This document shows positions 63,287 to 64,000 of a stretch of DNA of 64,000 bases, in pieces (position 1 is the stretch's first letter; each line of letters begins with the position of its first letter). The notes beneath the pieces were generated by a model, which did not search any database, was not told the DNA's origin, and was given only the letters and a program-made list of their open reading frames with translations. Source of the DNA: Neovahlkampfia damariscottae (lineage: Eukaryota); contig JABLTG010000016.1 in assembly GCA_016618085.1 (NCBI GenBank), positions 62,001 through 126,000 on the forward strand, given 5' to 3'. A program made the position numbers and the translations under genes.

Positions 63287-64000
63287 CTACAATTTCGAAT
63301 TTGGTGAAAACAAACAATTTTTTTTGTAGATTAATTTTTCAGTGATACCTTCGATATCTGTGCAACCACATAATGCCATTCCTCTGTAAAGTTCTGAATT
63401 CAATGTTTCAATAACATCATTTACACCATTTTCACCATTACAAGCCAAACCCCATAAAACAGGTCTTCCAACAAAAACAGCTTTTGCACCCAAAGCTAAT
63501 GCCTTGATCACATCAGTTCCTCTTCTTATTCCACCATCAAGAAAAACTTCAATTTTTGAATTAGTATCTTTCATTGCTTGCATAACTTCAGGAAGAGCTT
63601 GAATTGTACTAACACACGTATCTAATTGTCTACCCCCATGATTTGAAACCCATATAGCGTCAACTTGTGCTTCATGTGCCAAAATTGCATCTTCATATGT
63701 AATAATACCTTTCAAGATGATTTTCATTTTTGTTTGCTTTTTTATCCATTTAACAGATTCCCAGTTTAATGTTTGATCTATTTGTGTTTCAACAAAATAA
63801 TTCAATTGTGAATAATTTTTTTTTGAAGTTTTTAACATTACACTTTCTGTAACACTTGGTATGTTTGGTAACTCTAATCCATTTGGTAAACTAAAACCAT
63901 TCTTATGATCTGCTTCTCTATTTCCTAAAAGTGCTGTGTCTACTGTCATCACCAATGCAGTGTATCCTGTTTGTTCTGCTTTTTTTATCAAATCAATAGT
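63287..64000 (-). CDS. FMN-dependent (S)-2-hydroxy-acid (glycolate) oxidase, peroxisomal; 5' end outside window
   Basis: TVDT.LLGNRE, ILKGI, SNHGGRQLD, DGGIRRGTDVIKALALGA, C-terminal SKL (PTS1). Confidence 0.95.
   Translation of the reverse strand, partial: TIDLIKKAEQTGYTALVMTVDTALLGNREADHKNGFSLPNGLELPNIPSVTESVMLKTSKKNYSQLNYFVETQIDQTLNWESVKWIKKQTKMKIILKGIITYEDAILAHEAQVDAIWVSNHGGRQLDTCVSTIQALPEVMQAMKDTNSKIEVFLDGGIRRGTDVIKALALGAKAVFVGRPVLWGLACNGENGVNDVIETLNSELYRGMALCGCTDIEGITEKLIYKKNCLFSPNSKL

Noticed and set aside
1..64000. Stop-codon reassignment or programmed frameshifting as the cause of ORF fragmentation
   Set aside because: Every break in a recognisable gene was resolved by canonical GT-AG tiny introns; TAA, TAG and TGA all end conserved proteins.
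1..64000. Non-canonical (non GT-AG) introns
   Set aside because: All introns I reconstructed had GT..AG ends.
1..64000. tRNA genes, transposons, viral or CRISPR elements
   Set aside because: No cloverleaf, transposase/RT/capsid motifs, long terminal repeats or repeat-spacer arrays were seen by eye.

Overview
Very AT-rich, extremely gene-dense eukaryotic nuclear DNA, probably from a protist. It uses the standard genetic code; the lineage cannot be fixed from this window alone. I can reconstruct about 41 protein-coding genes and one solitary 5S rRNA gene. Recognisable genes include a SIRT6/7-class sirtuin, PRP6, RAD50, a P450, calcineurin A, MCEE, a PB1-MAP3K, ABCA, CK1/TTBK, ARV1, NPL4, RecQ/BLM, CABIN1, TPP2, RPS17, HAUS6, ARMH3 and glycolate oxidase. 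The fragmented ORF track is explained by roughly 100 tiny GT-AG introns, almost all about 28-43 nt. Main finding: only four introns exceed 60 nt, and all four break down into two tiny GT-AG units. Three are back-to-back pairs with a zero-length exon (AG|GT: RAD50 8128-8196, PHD-WD40 58029-58100, ARMH3 62372-62443). One is an intron nested in another intron (RAD50 8289-8352). This suggests a size-restricted spliceosome that removes longer introns recursively or as twintrons. Other features: a CCAAT/ATTGG box 0-60 nt from essentially every start codon, stop codons embedded in AATAAA, overlapping or abutting convergent genes, a POM121-like transmembrane FG protein, a PHD-WD40 fusion, and a few candidate micro-ORFs and structured RNAs. 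All gene models were built by hand and are unverified by transcript data.
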